Assembly: GCA_046045965.1 (NCBI GenBank)
Contig: JBJOKS010000008.1
Span: 64,001 to 128,000 of the forward strand
Source of the DNA: Cyanobacteriota bacterium
GTDB lineage: Bacteria > Cyanobacteriota > Cyanobacteriia > Cyanobacteriales > Nostocaceae
DNA: 64,000 bases
Direction of reading: 5' to 3'
The notes under the pieces are model-generated. The model was not told where the DNA came from. It saw nothing but the letters and a program-made list of their open reading frames with translations, and did not search any database. A program made the translations under genes and the position numbers. Positions 39,623-50,291 of this stretch are shown piece after piece (position 1 is the first letter of the stretch; each line of letters begins with the position of its first letter).

Positions 39623-41392
39623 TTAATATTCCTTTTGCTCTAAAATATCTGAACAAGTTGATAAGGTTTGGAAAATCATTGTCATTGCTATAAAGATCAA
39701 AATCCATTCCATGTATAGTATTGGCGGGATCTGTATGACAATTTCATCCAACAGCTGATTATGAATAAGTTTAATGATGGCAAAATGATGCTGAAAAAGG
39801 AAAGCATAGGCTAAGACAAATCCACCAATCAGTGTTGCATAGGATAACATACGTAAAACGAATGCGAGGGAAATAGCAAATTTGTTAATACTACCGTCAT
39901 AAGGTATAGTTTGTTGCCGTATTTTGGGAAGAATCAAAGTATTATATTCATCCACAGTTTCCAAAAACACGTTTATGGATGCCATAATACTCTTAGAATT
40001 AAGATTCTGAGCTAAAGCACGACGCGCTGCCTGTTTGCTATATTTGTTAATAAGATCTATAGAATTCATATTTGGCGTGAGGTACTGAAGCGAACCATCC
40101 AATGTCAGGAGAGATCTGGTTACCTTCAAAAATGACCAGTTGCTTGGTACTTGATATTTAGCAGTTATCTTGCTAAGTTCAGCACTAGCTCCACCTATGG
40201 ATTTTTCCTTAAATGATAACCCATCGAGCCGGGATTTAGCCGCCCAATTTCCAACTGCACTTGCCATTTCCGAGCGTAGTCTAGGTACATCGACTTTAGG
40301 AATACCTACAGCAAAGCGAATCAGATAGTCGGCTGCTTTCGGAAAATCCTCTTTTCCCATGGCCGCAGTGTAGTTTGAGTAATTAGTCTTCAAATCTTTG
40401 TCTAGGGAGCCAACGCTTCCTAAGTCAATCAAAACAAACTTGCTATCACGCAACAAAAATATGTTACCAGGATGTAGATCTGCATGATATAAATTATCTT
40501 CATATATTTGTCGAAATAAGGACAAAGATAATTTTTCTCCCACCTTTTCGCGGTCTACATTATTTTCTTCATCCCATTTCTTAACTTTGGCAGGATCGTT
40601 ATTTAAAACCTTGATGTAGTCAGACATCAATACACCAGGAATATACTCCATCACCAAAACCCGACGTTTGGAATATTTTCTATATACTGAGGGAGTGTAA
40701 ACACCATGTTTTTTGAGAGTCTTTTTCATCCGACGCATATTGGATGCCTCATAGCGGTAATCTAGCTCCTCATTAAAAATTCTCTCCACTTCTAATATGG
40801 CTTCATCCAAACGCAGATAAGTGCCAATATTGAACGCTCTCAACAAATTAGTGAAAAGTTTAATGACTTCTAAATCCCTCTGGAAAGCCGACTCTAAACC
40901 GGGACGTTGAACTTTGACCACCACGGTGGTTTTGTTTTTAGACAAAACTGCTCTGTGAATTTGAGCAATTGAGGCAGCTGCTATCGGTTCCTCATCAAAA
41001 GCTGCAAAGATTTTATCCATGGGAACACCCAATTCCGACTCAATAGTTGAGCGTACTATCTCCATTGGAAATCCAATAGCCCCATATTGCAAGCGTAGTA
41101 ATTGATTACATACTTCTTCAGGAAACAGGTCTGTTCGTAATGCTAGTAACTGGCCTGTTTTAACCCATAGACCACCTAACTCTTCAAATATTTCTCGCAA
41201 CCCGTTGGCCGTTTTTTGCATATCCGGCTTTTTGATAAATCGGCGGAATGATACGCCTAAAAAATAAACTATAAATCGCCATATCACATAAGCAATTGAA
41301 AAACGACGATTATTAAGTTCCTCAACTATTTCTACTTTTTTTCGCTGCTTTTTTTCAACAAGTGGCGTGGGAATATCTTTTTCCTTGAGCAT
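39623..41392 (-). CDS. ABC1/AarF/UbiB-family atypical kinase
   Basis: ELGGLWVKTGQ (KxGQ), AAASIAQIH, VVVKVQRP, HADLHPGN and IDLG motifs, plus two C-terminal hydrophobic segments. Confidence 0.92.
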   Translation of the reverse strand: MLKEKDIPTPLVEKKQRKKVEIVEELNNRRFSIAYVIWRFIVYFLGVSFRRFIKKPDMQKTANGLREIFEELGGLWVKTGQLLALRTDLFPEEVCNQLLRLQYGAIGFPMEIVRSTIESELGVPMDKIFAAFDEEPIAAASIAQIHRAVLSKNKTTVVVKVQRPGLESAFQRDLEVIKLFTNLLRAFNIGTYLRLDEAILEVERIFNEELDYRYEASNMRRMKKTLKKHGVYTPSVYRKYSKRRVLVMEYIPGVLMSDYIKVLNNDPAKVKKWDEENNVDREKVGEKLSLSLFRQIYEDNLYHADLHPGNIFLLRDSKFVLIDLGSVGSLDKDLKTNYSNYTAAMGKEDFPKAADYLIRFAVGIPKVDVPRLRSEMASAVGNWAAKSRLDGLSFKEKSIGGASAELSKITAKYQVPSNWSFLKVTRSLLTLDGSLQYLTPNMNSIDLINKYSKQAARRALAQNLNSKSIMASINVFLETVDEYNTLILPKIRQQTIPYDGSINKFAISLAFVLRMLSYATLIGGFVLAYAFLFQHHFAIIKLIHNQLLDEIVIQIPPILYMEWILIFIAMTMIFQTLSTCSDILEQKEY

Positions 41393-41422
41393 TTGTTACA
41401 GTCTCCTAAACACTGGACTTGA

Positions 41423-41560
41423 GAGGATGTTTGAAAAGTCAGAAAGTATCTAAAAAAGCTCTCTCAGTATTAAGCTGTGAATAGATAATAAACAGCACCT
41501 AGAGAGTGATACAAGTAAAGCATACCCCAGCAAGCTGACGAGCACCCAATATGAATTTCT
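41423..41560 (+). mobile_element. Left-end remnant of an IS5-family (IS1031-like) element
   Basis: An end-like GAGGATGTTTGAAAAGT sequence is followed by a frame reading SKAYPSKLTSTQYEFL, which resembles the N-terminus of cyanobacterial IS5-family transposases. It lacks a start codon and is truncated. Confidence 0.6.
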
Positions 41561-41590
41561 CGTATCGGCTCAATATCGGCTCAATACGTA

Positions 41591-42091
41591 GGGCTTGCTG
41601 AAAAAGTGGGGAAAGTCAACCTCAGGATTCTTTAGTTATTCAATCAAGATGTCAAGATAAGTTTTTTTTGTTTATAATGAAATAAAATATAAGCTTGGAT
41701 AATCTTAAAGGATTCTCCCTGATCTGCTCTACTGTTTCTCTATCACTTGTTCCTATCTTTTCTTTGATAATTAATGCTCTTAATGCCATCCGAAATGGTT
41801 TAGCTGGTGCGCCTATTTCTGAGGAAAACATTGCTGCATATTCCGCTTCAAATTCTGACCAAGGTATCATTTTCTCGATGATTACCCAACGATTATCCGA
41901 CGCTAGTTTGCACTCCTTGGATATTTCAAAGCTTTTCAGTTTCGTTTTTTGTTTTTTCTCTTTTCTATACATTTTGATGCTTTCGGATGCAAGGGTTTTT
42001 ACCTATTTTAACTCTTTTTCTTGCACCTTTTTCACCTTCTATCCCCTGAATCTCTTAATTTATCGGGGTTTTTGCCTTATTCAGCAAGCCC
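41591..42091 (-). mobile_element. Internally deleted IS5-family element with truncated transposase pseudogene (41652..41972)
   Basis: Terminal inverted repeats GGGCTTGCTGAA and TTCAGCAAGCCC, with TA on both flanks. The ORF DNRWV...IPWSEFEAEYA...GAPAKPFRMAL...SDRETVEQIRENP is a transposase N-terminus only. Confidence 0.85.
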
Positions 42092-42249
42092 TATTTAGTA
42101 GAAAAATATGCTATTGGTATTAGTTTAGGACTTCAACTATTAGCACCTAAACCTTTGGCTGGAAAACCCGTGAGTATATTGGCGGCTGTTTTAGTACAAC
42201 CACCAAGGGAATTTATTCGCTGGCTTTTAAGACAATAAAAATTTATCAG

Positions 42250-42331
42250 TGGGCGGGAGGAGAATCGAACTCCTATACCTTTCGGTGCCGCATTTTGAGT
42301 GCGGTGCGTCTACCAATTCCGCCACCCGCCC
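42250..42331 (-). tRNA. trnL: tRNA-Leu(CAA)
   Basis: The reverse complement GGGCGGGTGGCGGAATTGGTAGACGCACCGCACTCAAAATGCGGC...GTTCGATTCTCCTCCCGCCCA has anticodon arm CCGCA-CTCAAAA-TGCGG and a long variable arm. CCA is not encoded. Confidence 0.95.
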
Positions 42332-42410
42332 TTGTGGATGGCACTTCATTAGTATAACCTATTTTTTTGATTTTGCAACCAGGATTATTGATTTATTTAC
42401 AAATTTTTTT

Positions 42411-43490
42411 TTAGCACTGTCTAACCAAGCTAGAATCAATATCTTCTAAACTAGCACAACCGCCCAGAGCCATTGCTGTGGTTAGTTCCTCTTTGAGAAG
42501 GGAGATAACGTCAACTACTCCAGCTTGTCCAGATACCGCTAAACCCCATAGGACAGGACGACCTATAAGCACCGCTTTTGCTCCTAATGCTAAGGCTTTG
42601 AGGATATCTGTACCCCGACGAATACCACCATCTAACAAGACTTCTACTCTACCGTCAACTGCTGCTACTATTTCTGTTAAAGCATCTAAAGAAGCGATCG
42701 CCCCATCTAATTGTCTACCACCATGATTAGAAACCACAATCCCCTGTGCGCCAGATTCTACAGCCCGCAGCGCATCATCACCCCGCAAAATCCCTTTCAA
42801 TACCAATGGTAACGGACTCAGAGATTGTAACCATTCTAAATCTTTCCAAGTCAGTGCAGGATTTATTTGTTGAGCAAAATAGGTTAATAACCCAGACTCA
42901 CCCTGTCCCTGGGGAATATCTAACCCTGATATATTGGTTAAATTAGCAGGATGCAAACCAGGGGGTAAGGTAAACTCATTGCGTTGATCTCGCTCTCTTT
43001 TTCCCAACACTGGCGCATCCACAGTTAAACATAGTGCTTTGTAACCTGCTGCATAAGCTCTTTCTACTAATGCACGAGTTAAACCCCGATCTTTGTGAAT
43101 GTAAAGCTGAAACCATTGGAAACCATTGGAAACCGTTGCTACTTCTTCTAAACTCTTAGTAGCTAATGTACTCAGCACCATGCCTACACCTACTGAATCT
43201 GCTGCTGAAGCTGTAGCAATTTCACCATTTGGATGGGCGAGACACTGAAAAGCCATTGGTGCAATGAGCAGAGGTAACTGCAACGATGTACCTAAAACTT
43301 TAGTTGTCAGGTTGATATCACTAACATCAACTAGCATTTTAGGACGGAGTTTAACTCGTGTAAAAGCAGCCCGATTATCCTGTAATGTGATTTCATCCCA
43401 CGCACCACTACTGTAATAATCAAAAGCCATTTTTGGTAGATGGGCTTTTGCTAACTGTTCATATTCAAATAAGTTAATGGGTGATTTCAT
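42411..43490 (-). CDS. FMN-dependent alpha-hydroxy-acid oxidase (glycolate/lactate oxidase family)
   Basis: SNHGGRQLD, DGGIRRGTD and WFQLY motifs. The likely start is ATG at 43490. Confidence 0.93.
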   Translation of the reverse strand: MKSPINLFEYEQLAKAHLPKMAFDYYSSGAWDEITLQDNRAAFTRVKLRPKMLVDVSDINLTTKVLGTSLQLPLLIAPMAFQCLAHPNGEIATASAADSVGVGMVLSTLATKSLEEVATVSNGFQWFQLYIHKDRGLTRALVERAYAAGYKALCLTVDAPVLGKRERDQRNEFTLPPGLHPANLTNISGLDIPQGQGESGLLTYFAQQINPALTWKDLEWLQSLSPLPLVLKGILRGDDALRAVESGAQGIVVSNHGGRQLDGAIASLDALTEIVAAVDGRVEVLLDGGIRRGTDILKALALGAKAVLIGRPVLWGLAVSGQAGVVDVISLLKEELTTAMALGGCASLEDIDSSLVRQC

Positions 43491-43512
43491 CGCTTCCACA
43501 GTTCCCGGTTCA

Positions 43513-46344
43513 TTAATTTCCCTGCAAAGGAGCATTTAAAGCTTTTTCAATGCGATCGCGGGTTTCTAGTAAATGCGCTTTGGTATATTCATTATCTGAC
43601 TTCACCCGTTTGAGTTGTTGGTCTAATTGTTTGAGTTTATACCATGCTAAAGTGCGAGCATCTTCTGGAACATCTACTTTTCGTAATACCATCGCTGTTA
43701 AAAAGTTCACATATTGTCGTTGTAAACCCCGACGCAAACTAGAAATTTCTAATTTACCTTGTGGTTGTAAAACTTCTGTCCAAATTCCGGTTTGTAAAGT
43801 AGTAAATAATTCAGGCATAGTCAGTGCTTTTCCGGGTTCGCTTTTGAGTTCAATATCCTTCATCCGCGAAAGGCGATCGCTGGAGAGTAAATCGCTCAAA
43901 ACCGCACTCTGCACAAACAACACCAAATCATGAACAGGGAAATCTAAACGCCCCGTTACAGGTGTACTACCCCAATGTCGCCAGCGGGAAGGTGCTAATT
44001 TATTCAGTAGTTCTGGTGAAAATTTCAGTGCATCTTCAGCAAATACATACTCTTGTAATGTCGTTAATGCCTGTCTTTGTTGTTCCACCGGAACTGCTAC
44101 AAATGGTAATCTTCCTTTGTTTTCACTGGGATTAACACGGTAAAAAGACTGACCACCAACGTATTTAATAGTATAACTTAATTGCTGCAAATAATTACCA
44201 AAAATGGTGCTAAATTGTTCAGTTAAATCGCTGTAATTTTCACCAGATATGGAATAACCATTATTTAAACGTTCCCACATCACACGGGAATTATCCAACT
44301 GCCAGCGAGAATAAACTAGCACATTACGGCTATTATCCCAAGGTGCAGATGTCGGATCAATCTCAGAAGTATCCTCATCAGGAGAATAACTCAACTCTGG
44401 TTGTTCTGATTGTTTAGCTATTGCTGCTAAAAAAGGTTTTTCTGCGATCGCACTTTTTGCCCCAAAATGAGTATAACCATACTGTATTGCCCACATATCA
44501 TAACTTCCCAACTGACTAGGAAAATAATCTCCCTGGACTGTACCACGAGGGGCTATATTGGGAGGAACATAATCCATGACTGAAGCTGTCAAACCTTTAG
44601 TACGACTGATTTCTAGATTATTCATCTCCTCTGGTTGTAAGAGGTTACTACCGCGAAAATTATGCCGTAACCCTAAAGTATGACCAACTTCATGAGCAAT
44701 AATTAAACGTAAATATTGATGAATATAATCTTTGATTTTCTCTTTGCTAGGAGTAGTATTTGCTAATAGTGACATTGCCAAAGAACCAAAAGCAAATTGA
44801 TTAGCAGATTCTATACCATAGCATAAATCATACTCTCCTGCTAATTTAGATAAATTGCCGATTAATCCCTTCTGATTTTTATCACCTTTACTACAAAGGG
44901 GACGATTTTGCATCAATGCAGATAGGGAAGTTGGAGTTTGTGTTTGCTGGGGTAAAATAATTTGCCGATACTCATTTTTTAAAGCTCTGACAAAACTAGC
45001 ATCTACCAGAATATCTGCATCCAAAATTTCCCCATTCAAAGGATTAACACGGGATGGACCAAGAGCAAAATAACCATCTACAGTATTAATCCAGCGAATG
45101 GTATTATATCTAATATCTGCCGCATCCCATGTAGCATTATCTGGCATTTGTTTAACTTCAATCGCATCCTTGAATCCCGCCTTCAAAAAAGCTTGATTCC
45201 ACATTAATACCCCTTCTTTAATAGCATCACGATATTCCCAAGGTACAGCGTTATCAATCCAGAAAACAATTGGCTTTTTCGGTGGAGAAATTGCAGCGGT
45301 AGGATCTTGTTTTTCCAAATTCCAGCGATTAATGTAACGGACAAAAGCATCATTGCGATCATTTATTGATAAATCTTGATATGCAGTAATAAAATATCCC
45401 ACTCGATCATCTGCCAAGCGCGGTTGATAATTATTATTAGGTAGTTGAGAAATACTGTAATGAAGCTTGAGAGTAAAGCCACGACTGTCAGCCAGTACAC
45501 CAAAATTTGGGTTATTACCACTACTGTTAGAATAATTGAAAATTGATTCAATTTCTATATTGTTGGGGAAAACTTTGGCATTACCAAAATATGATTGTTC
45601 TAAATTAGCAGCTAATTCTAAACTTGCAGATAATCCCGCCAAATCTGCCAGCAGTAAATCACCTAAATCAATGAGTATTGTTTTGCGTTGTGGATGAATA
45701 CTTTTAATACTAAGATTGTAGAGAACAGAATCACTAAAAGAGCGAGCAAGGGAGCGAGATTGGGGATCACCTTCACGAGTCCGAAAATTCACATTACGAA
45801 CCACAAATTGTAAGTTATTATCTATGCGTTGGAAATAAAATAGAAAATCTTGCAATGGTAAACCACTATAAATTCCTCGTTCACCAATACCAGATTCTAA
45901 AGTTGCTGTCGCTAAGAAGTTTTTCTGGAGTTGTTCTGGTTGAATTTCTAAATAGATTTTATTAGTTTCTTTGTGGCGATAAAGAGTAAATATCCCTTCT
46001 AGTTTTTGACTATCTTTGACAACTTCATCAAATGCTTCCAAATCATCTGTTTTAGCTGGTTTAGTGCTTGAACTAGGTTTTTTTGTGGGCTTATTTTGAG
46101 TTTGAGCAATTTCCAAAAATGGTTGCTGTCTGGCTTTTTTTGGATCTGGAACAACCCACATAAAAGCTTGTTTTTGTACCTGTTTATTTTGATTAATTAC
46201 CCATACTTGCGATGATGGTAAAGTTCCTGGAGGTGAAGTTTCCAGATTTTCCTTTGCTTTTGTCTCTAATGACTCAGCGTTAGCAGTTCCCATCCCTAAA
46301 AACAAACTATGTAACAAAACGATATAAAAAGTTAATTTTTTCAT
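43513..46344 (-). CDS. Secreted zinc metalloprotease (metzincin; DUF4953/5117/5118 type)
   Basis: HEVGHTLGLRH zinc motif, SVMDY Met-turn, RLADDRVGYF, and a signal-peptide-like MKKLTFYIVLL start at 46344. Confidence 0.88.
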   Translation of the reverse strand: MKKLTFYIVLLHSLFLGMGTANAESLETKAKENLETSPPGTLPSSQVWVINQNKQVQKQAFMWVVPDPKKARQQPFLEIAQTQNKPTKKPSSSTKPAKTDDLEAFDEVVKDSQKLEGIFTLYRHKETNKIYLEIQPEQLQKNFLATATLESGIGERGIYSGLPLQDFLFYFQRIDNNLQFVVRNVNFRTREGDPQSRSLARSFSDSVLYNLSIKSIHPQRKTILIDLGDLLLADLAGLSASLELAANLEQSYFGNAKVFPNNIEIESIFNYSNSSGNNPNFGVLADSRGFTLKLHYSISQLPNNNYQPRLADDRVGYFITAYQDLSINDRNDAFVRYINRWNLEKQDPTAAISPPKKPIVFWIDNAVPWEYRDAIKEGVLMWNQAFLKAGFKDAIEVKQMPDNATWDAADIRYNTIRWINTVDGYFALGPSRVNPLNGEILDADILVDASFVRALKNEYRQIILPQQTQTPTSLSALMQNRPLCSKGDKNQKGLIGNLSKLAGEYDLCYGIESANQFAFGSLAMSLLANTTPSKEKIKDYIHQYLRLIIAHEVGHTLGLRHNFRGSNLLQPEEMNNLEISRTKGLTASVMDYVPPNIAPRGTVQGDYFPSQLGSYDMWAIQYGYTHFGAKSAIAEKPFLAAIAKQSEQPELSYSPDEDTSEIDPTSAPWDNSRNVLVYSRWQLDNSRVMWERLNNGYSISGENYSDLTEQFSTIFGNYLQQLSYTIKYVGGQSFYRVNPSENKGRLPFVAVPVEQQRQALTTLQEYVFAEDALKFSPELLNKLAPSRWRHWGSTPVTGRLDFPVHDLVLFVQSAVLSDLLSSDRLSRMKDIELKSEPGKALTMPELFTTLQTGIWTEVLQPQGKLEISSLRRGLQRQYVNFLTAMVLRKVDVPEDARTLAWYKLKQLDQQLKRVKSDNEYTKAHLLETRDRIEKALNAPLQGN

Positions 46345-46682
46345 TCTACATCCCCAATAACTATTTAACCCAAGCAGCATGAGTTTAACCGAGATAGGAC
46401 AGTCATCAGTTATCGTTGTTTATTGTTAACTGTTAACTTGCTCTTGCTTCTTATTTCCAGCCTGATTGACAATTTCTATAGTATAAATTTAAGAAACTTA
46501 AAACCTGATTTACCTATACAAAAATCAATAAATATCTGCCTACTCAAATTGTGTAGCTATACAAGCCAAATTTGCAACCTCCAACCAAAATTAATTCAAT
46601 TACAATGAATTAAGGTGAAGTTGCTAATTTTACAGTTTAATCTCTGAGTTTGGACTTAGCTCCGTTCTAGAAATTGTTGCTA

Positions 46683-47390
46683 TCAAGATTCTCTTAACAC
46701 ATATCCCACACCGCGTACCGTTTGAATTAGACGCTTTTGTCCTTCTTCTTCAATTTTCAGCCGCAAGTAGCGAATGTATACTTCAATCACATTGGACTCA
46801 CCCATAAAATCATAACCCCAGACATTTTCTAAGATTTGTTCACGGGTTAATACTTCGCGGGGATGTTCCATAAAGAACTTCAATAGTTCAAATTCCTTCA
46901 TTGTTAAGTCAATAGTTCTACTATTATAGATAGCGCGACGGATACCGATATCTAGCACCAAATCCCCAAAGCGCAACTGTTCGTTAGTATCAACATCAGG
47001 TTTGAGATATAGACGAATCAATTTCAGAAAATCTTCTGAACGATAAGGTTTGAGAATATAATCATCAGCACCGGCTTCTAGACAAGCAACACGATCATCA
47101 ACTGTATCTCTGGCCATTAAAATCAATACTGGGGAACAATAGCCGATGGTGCGGAGATTTCTGCACAAAGACAGTCCAGATTCTCCAGTCAGCATCCGGT
47201 CTACTACAATTAAAGCAGGTTGGCGATGGCTTGGATTGCTGGAGGCATCGCGCCATTGTTGCAAACCACTGGCCGCATCATGTGCCACAATGGGATCATA
47301 GCCGGCTTCTTGCAAATCAAAAGCCAATTGATTGGCTAAGGTATCATCGGGTTCAATCACCAGAACACAGGAACTCTGAGCAGTTATCAT
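46683..47390 (-). CDS. nblR: OmpR-family response regulator NblR
   Basis: Atypical receiver (VLVIEPDD, ILMARD) plus winged helix. Its position next to NAD kinase fits cyanobacterial nblR. Confidence 0.85.
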   Translation of the reverse strand: MITAQSSCVLVIEPDDTLANQLAFDLQEAGYDPIVAHDAASGLQQWRDASSNPSHRQPALIVVDRMLTGESGLSLCRNLRTIGYCSPVLILMARDTVDDRVACLEAGADDYILKPYRSEDFLKLIRLYLKPDVDTNEQLRFGDLVLDIGIRRAIYNSRTIDLTMKEFELLKFFMEHPREVLTREQILENVWGYDFMGESNVIEVYIRYLRLKIEEEGQKRLIQTVRGVGYVLRES

Positions 47391-47501
47391 ATCAGTTGGT
47401 AATTGGTAGTTGGTAATTAGTAATTGGTAAAAACCTTACAGCAGATTGCAGATCAATGAGGTAGAGAATCTAAATTGAAACCTATACACAAAGACAGTTT
47501 T

Positions 47502-47543
<42 letters not shown>

Positions 47544-47759
47544 CTATATGTCCTCAAAGATTACCGATTACGTTGTTGCATAAATCTCACGAAATACCAC
47601 CAGTTACAAATTGGTAACAATGATGTTTTAACACGTTCTGGTATAAAACATCGACTGTCCCAAGATGCAATTTCATTACTGATTTTCAATACAATTGGCT
47701 AACCACCAATTCTGGAAGAAAACCAGTTTTGACTACCGCTGACCACTGACCACTGACAA

Positions 47760-48677
47760 TTATGGCAATTCTACAGAATTGGGTTTAGCAATATGTGGCA
47801 GTCCCCAACCTAATTTTTCTCGTAAAACGCGGAAAAACTCTGGAGATTGTAAGCGAATAAACCTAGCCTTGTATGGCGATCGCTCTAAATATACCCGATC
47901 TTCTGGCAAAATATAACACCCACCATTTCCATCTACCACCATCACCAACCGAGGGATGTTAACTGGATAGATATTAACAGGTTCGCTATCGGGAAACACC
48001 AAAGCCCTAGAAGCCAGAGAATGGGGACAAATTGGTACTAGCTGCAACACAGGTACACCAGGCGTAATTACTGGTCCACCGGCGCTTAATGAATAAGCAG
48101 TTGAACCCGTGGGAGTAGAAACAATGACACCATCCGCCGCAATATCCACGGCTGCATGATGACCAATTTCAATCTCAAAATGGCACATCGAAGTTAAGGG
48201 TTCTCGATGCAGCACCATTTCATTTAAACACAGAGCTTCCCATAATACCGCATCTCCCCGCAGCACTTTGACATTAAGCATGGCTCGTTCTTCGATTTCA
48301 TACTGACCTGCCATTACCTGTTCTATGGCTTGGGGAAGTTGGTTTAGATAAGCTTCCGTCAAAAATCCCATGTGACCAGTATTCACAGTTAACAATGGTA
48401 TGCCACAGGGGGCAACTTGACGGGACGCTGCTAAAACAGTACCGTCTCCCCCTAATACCACTGCAAACTCCATGTCTGAGCCAAAACCAGGGGGTGTAAG
48501 AGCTTCTACTGGGGTGTGGCATACAGGACTATCAGGATTTGAGTAGCCCAGTATACCACCGATACTTGCTGTCACACATACATCCCAACCAGCAGCGGTT
48601 AGCTGGTCTTTCAGTTCGGTAGCGACTCGACCCGCTACCGGTTTAACGTCGTTGTAGATAATGCCTGCTTTCGGCAC
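47760..48677 (-). CDS. nadK: NAD(+) kinase
   Basis: GGDGT, LNE and [21 protein letters not shown] motifs. Confidence 0.95.
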   Translation of the reverse strand: MPKAGIIYNDVKPVAGRVATELKDQLTAAGWDVCVTASIGGILGYSNPDSPVCHTPVEALTPPGFGSDMEFAVVLGGDGTVLAASRQVAPCGIPLLTVNTGHMGFLTEAYLNQLPQAIEQVMAGQYEIEERAMLNVKVLRGDAVLWEALCLNEMVLHREPLTSMCHFEIEIGHHAAVDIAADGVIVSTPTGSTAYSLSAGGPVITPGVPVLQLVPICPHSLASRALVFPDSEPVNIYPVNIPRLVMVVDGNGGCYILPEDRVYLERSPYKARFIRLQSPEFFRVLREKLGWGLPHIAKPNSVELP

Positions 48678-48761
48678 ATTCAGATATCCAAAGTTTAGGC
48701 GATGCTTGATCTTTAGTAATGGTTACATATTTTTGACTGATCTAGTCATTCATCTGGAATT

Positions 48762-49760
48762 TTATTGACTATTAACTTTTGAAGATTGTTTAAAAGGGGT
48801 TTTTTTATCTTTTTTCTTTTTGGTCTTATTTTTTTCGTAGTCTAACTCCTTCAGCTTTTTCATAATTCTGCTGAAATACTCTTGCAAGTAAGTTTCTACA
48901 GTAGCTGTTTGTTGTTTATCTAAGCCAAAAACTGTATATACTTCGTCCATTGGCGCATTTAAGGCTTTACCACTGGCTAATACTTCTGAAAAAGCCAATC
49001 TATCAGCTACATTCCATCCCCACTGGAAAAACCGCAGTAAGCTTTGAACACCACGCAGTAAGCCAATTGGCATCCGTGTTACTCTGGCATCTTTTCCTGA
49101 TAAACGTTCACAAATATTTATTATTTCCTCTGCACTCCAAGCACGAGTACCAACCACGGGGAAAGTTTGTTTTTCGGTTTCTGGTACACTCAAAGCGCGA
49201 AGCGCAAATTTAGCAATATCTTGAGTATCCATATAAGCAACCGGGGAAGAAGCACCCGTTACCCACACTGGCTGATTTTCCAAAATGGGTATGCCATATT
49301 GACCAATTAAACCTTGCATAAACCCAGCTAAACGTAAAATTGTATAGTTTAAACCGGACTCAGCTAAAAATAATTCTGTACATCGCTTAATTTCCATCAG
49401 CGGTACATTGGGATATTTATCAGCATCGAGAATGGAAAAGAAGACAAAACGCTCTACACCAGCAGCTTTAGCAGCTTGAATTAAGGCTACTTTGCCATCC
49501 CAGTCTACCTGTTTAATAGTTAATGAATCTGTAGCGCGAGATGTGGAAGCATCTATCACTTGAGTTACACCTGCTAACGCTGCTTCCAGGGTTTGGGGAT
49601 AACACAAGTCTCCTCTCACCAGTTCTGCACCCCATTCTTTGAGAAATGCCGCTTTTTTAGGACTTCTAACCAGACAGCGTACTTTGTACCCCTCATCGAT
49701 AGCACGACGAGCCACTTGTCTTCCTAAGGTGCCAGTGGCACCGACGATTAATAATGTCAT
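48762..49760 (-). CDS. ycf39: Ycf39 atypical SDR/NmrA-like protein
   Basis: MTLLIVGATGTLGRQV, LKEWGAELV, FQWGWNVADRLAF. Confidence 0.88.
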   Translation of the reverse strand: MTLLIVGATGTLGRQVARRAIDEGYKVRCLVRSPKKAAFLKEWGAELVRGDLCYPQTLEAALAGVTQVIDASTSRATDSLTIKQVDWDGKVALIQAAKAAGVERFVFFSILDADKYPNVPLMEIKRCTELFLAESGLNYTILRLAGFMQGLIGQYGIPILENQPVWVTGASSPVAYMDTQDIAKFALRALSVPETEKQTFPVVGTRAWSAEEIINICERLSGKDARVTRMPIGLLRGVQSLLRFFQWGWNVADRLAFSEVLASGKALNAPMDEVYTVFGLDKQQTATVETYLQEYFSRIMKKLKELDYEKNKTKKKKDKKTPFKQSSKVNSQ

Positions 49761-49849
49761 GAGGGTCTTTATAAATTTTAATGTTTTATGATAAAAATCT
49801 TAACAGAATTAGTTATAGAAATAAAACTTTACATATTTTTAATGGGAAT

Positions 49850-49887
49850 GGGGACTGGGGACTGGGGACTGGGGACTGGGGACTGGG
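49850..49887. repeat. STRR heptamer repeat (GGGGACT)n
   Basis: About five tandem units. Confidence 0.9.
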
Positions 49888-49933
49888 AAATTAATATTTC
49901 TCCCTCTGCTCCCCTGCACCCCTGCTCCCCTGC

Positions 49934-50038
49934 TTATTCTTCTGCGCCTTGAATTTTCAGCAATAATGCGCCCAAAGCCCAGCCTACGAAGATTAAGCCG
50001 AAAGACAACATAGCTGCATTTAAGATTTCGCCGCCCAT
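49934..50038 (-). CDS. petM: Cytochrome b6f subunit PetM (34 aa)
   Basis: Not in the ORF track. Manual translation gives [34 protein letters not shown]. Confidence 0.93.
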   Translation of the reverse strand: MGGEILNAAMLSFGLIFVGWALGALLLKIQGAEE

Positions 50039-50291
50039 TTTCTGTGATTCTCCTTTGTGAAGTGAATGGTTTGTGGATGTTTCCCGTTTATGAGACTGCT
50101 TAACTTAACTTGATCTCTCAAATCTCATTTTTGCTAGTCTGGTAATTCAGGTAAATCAGGTCTTCAACTGTCTTGAGGATTAGACCTGTCTCAATAATTC
50201 TAAAATAGTTTAGCAGCTAATTGAAATTGGGATCGGGTAAGCAGCGATGTGGCTTAATTAACAGTTTTCCTTATTCTCTATTCCCTGACTC

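Noticed and set aside
42249..42449. 66-aa ORF on +
   Set aside because: It is an antisense reading of the tRNA gene.
47603..47618. Palindrome GTTAC-N6-GTAAC upstream of nblR as a regulator site
   Set aside because: It does not match the NtcA GTA-N8-TAC consensus and is too short to support alone.
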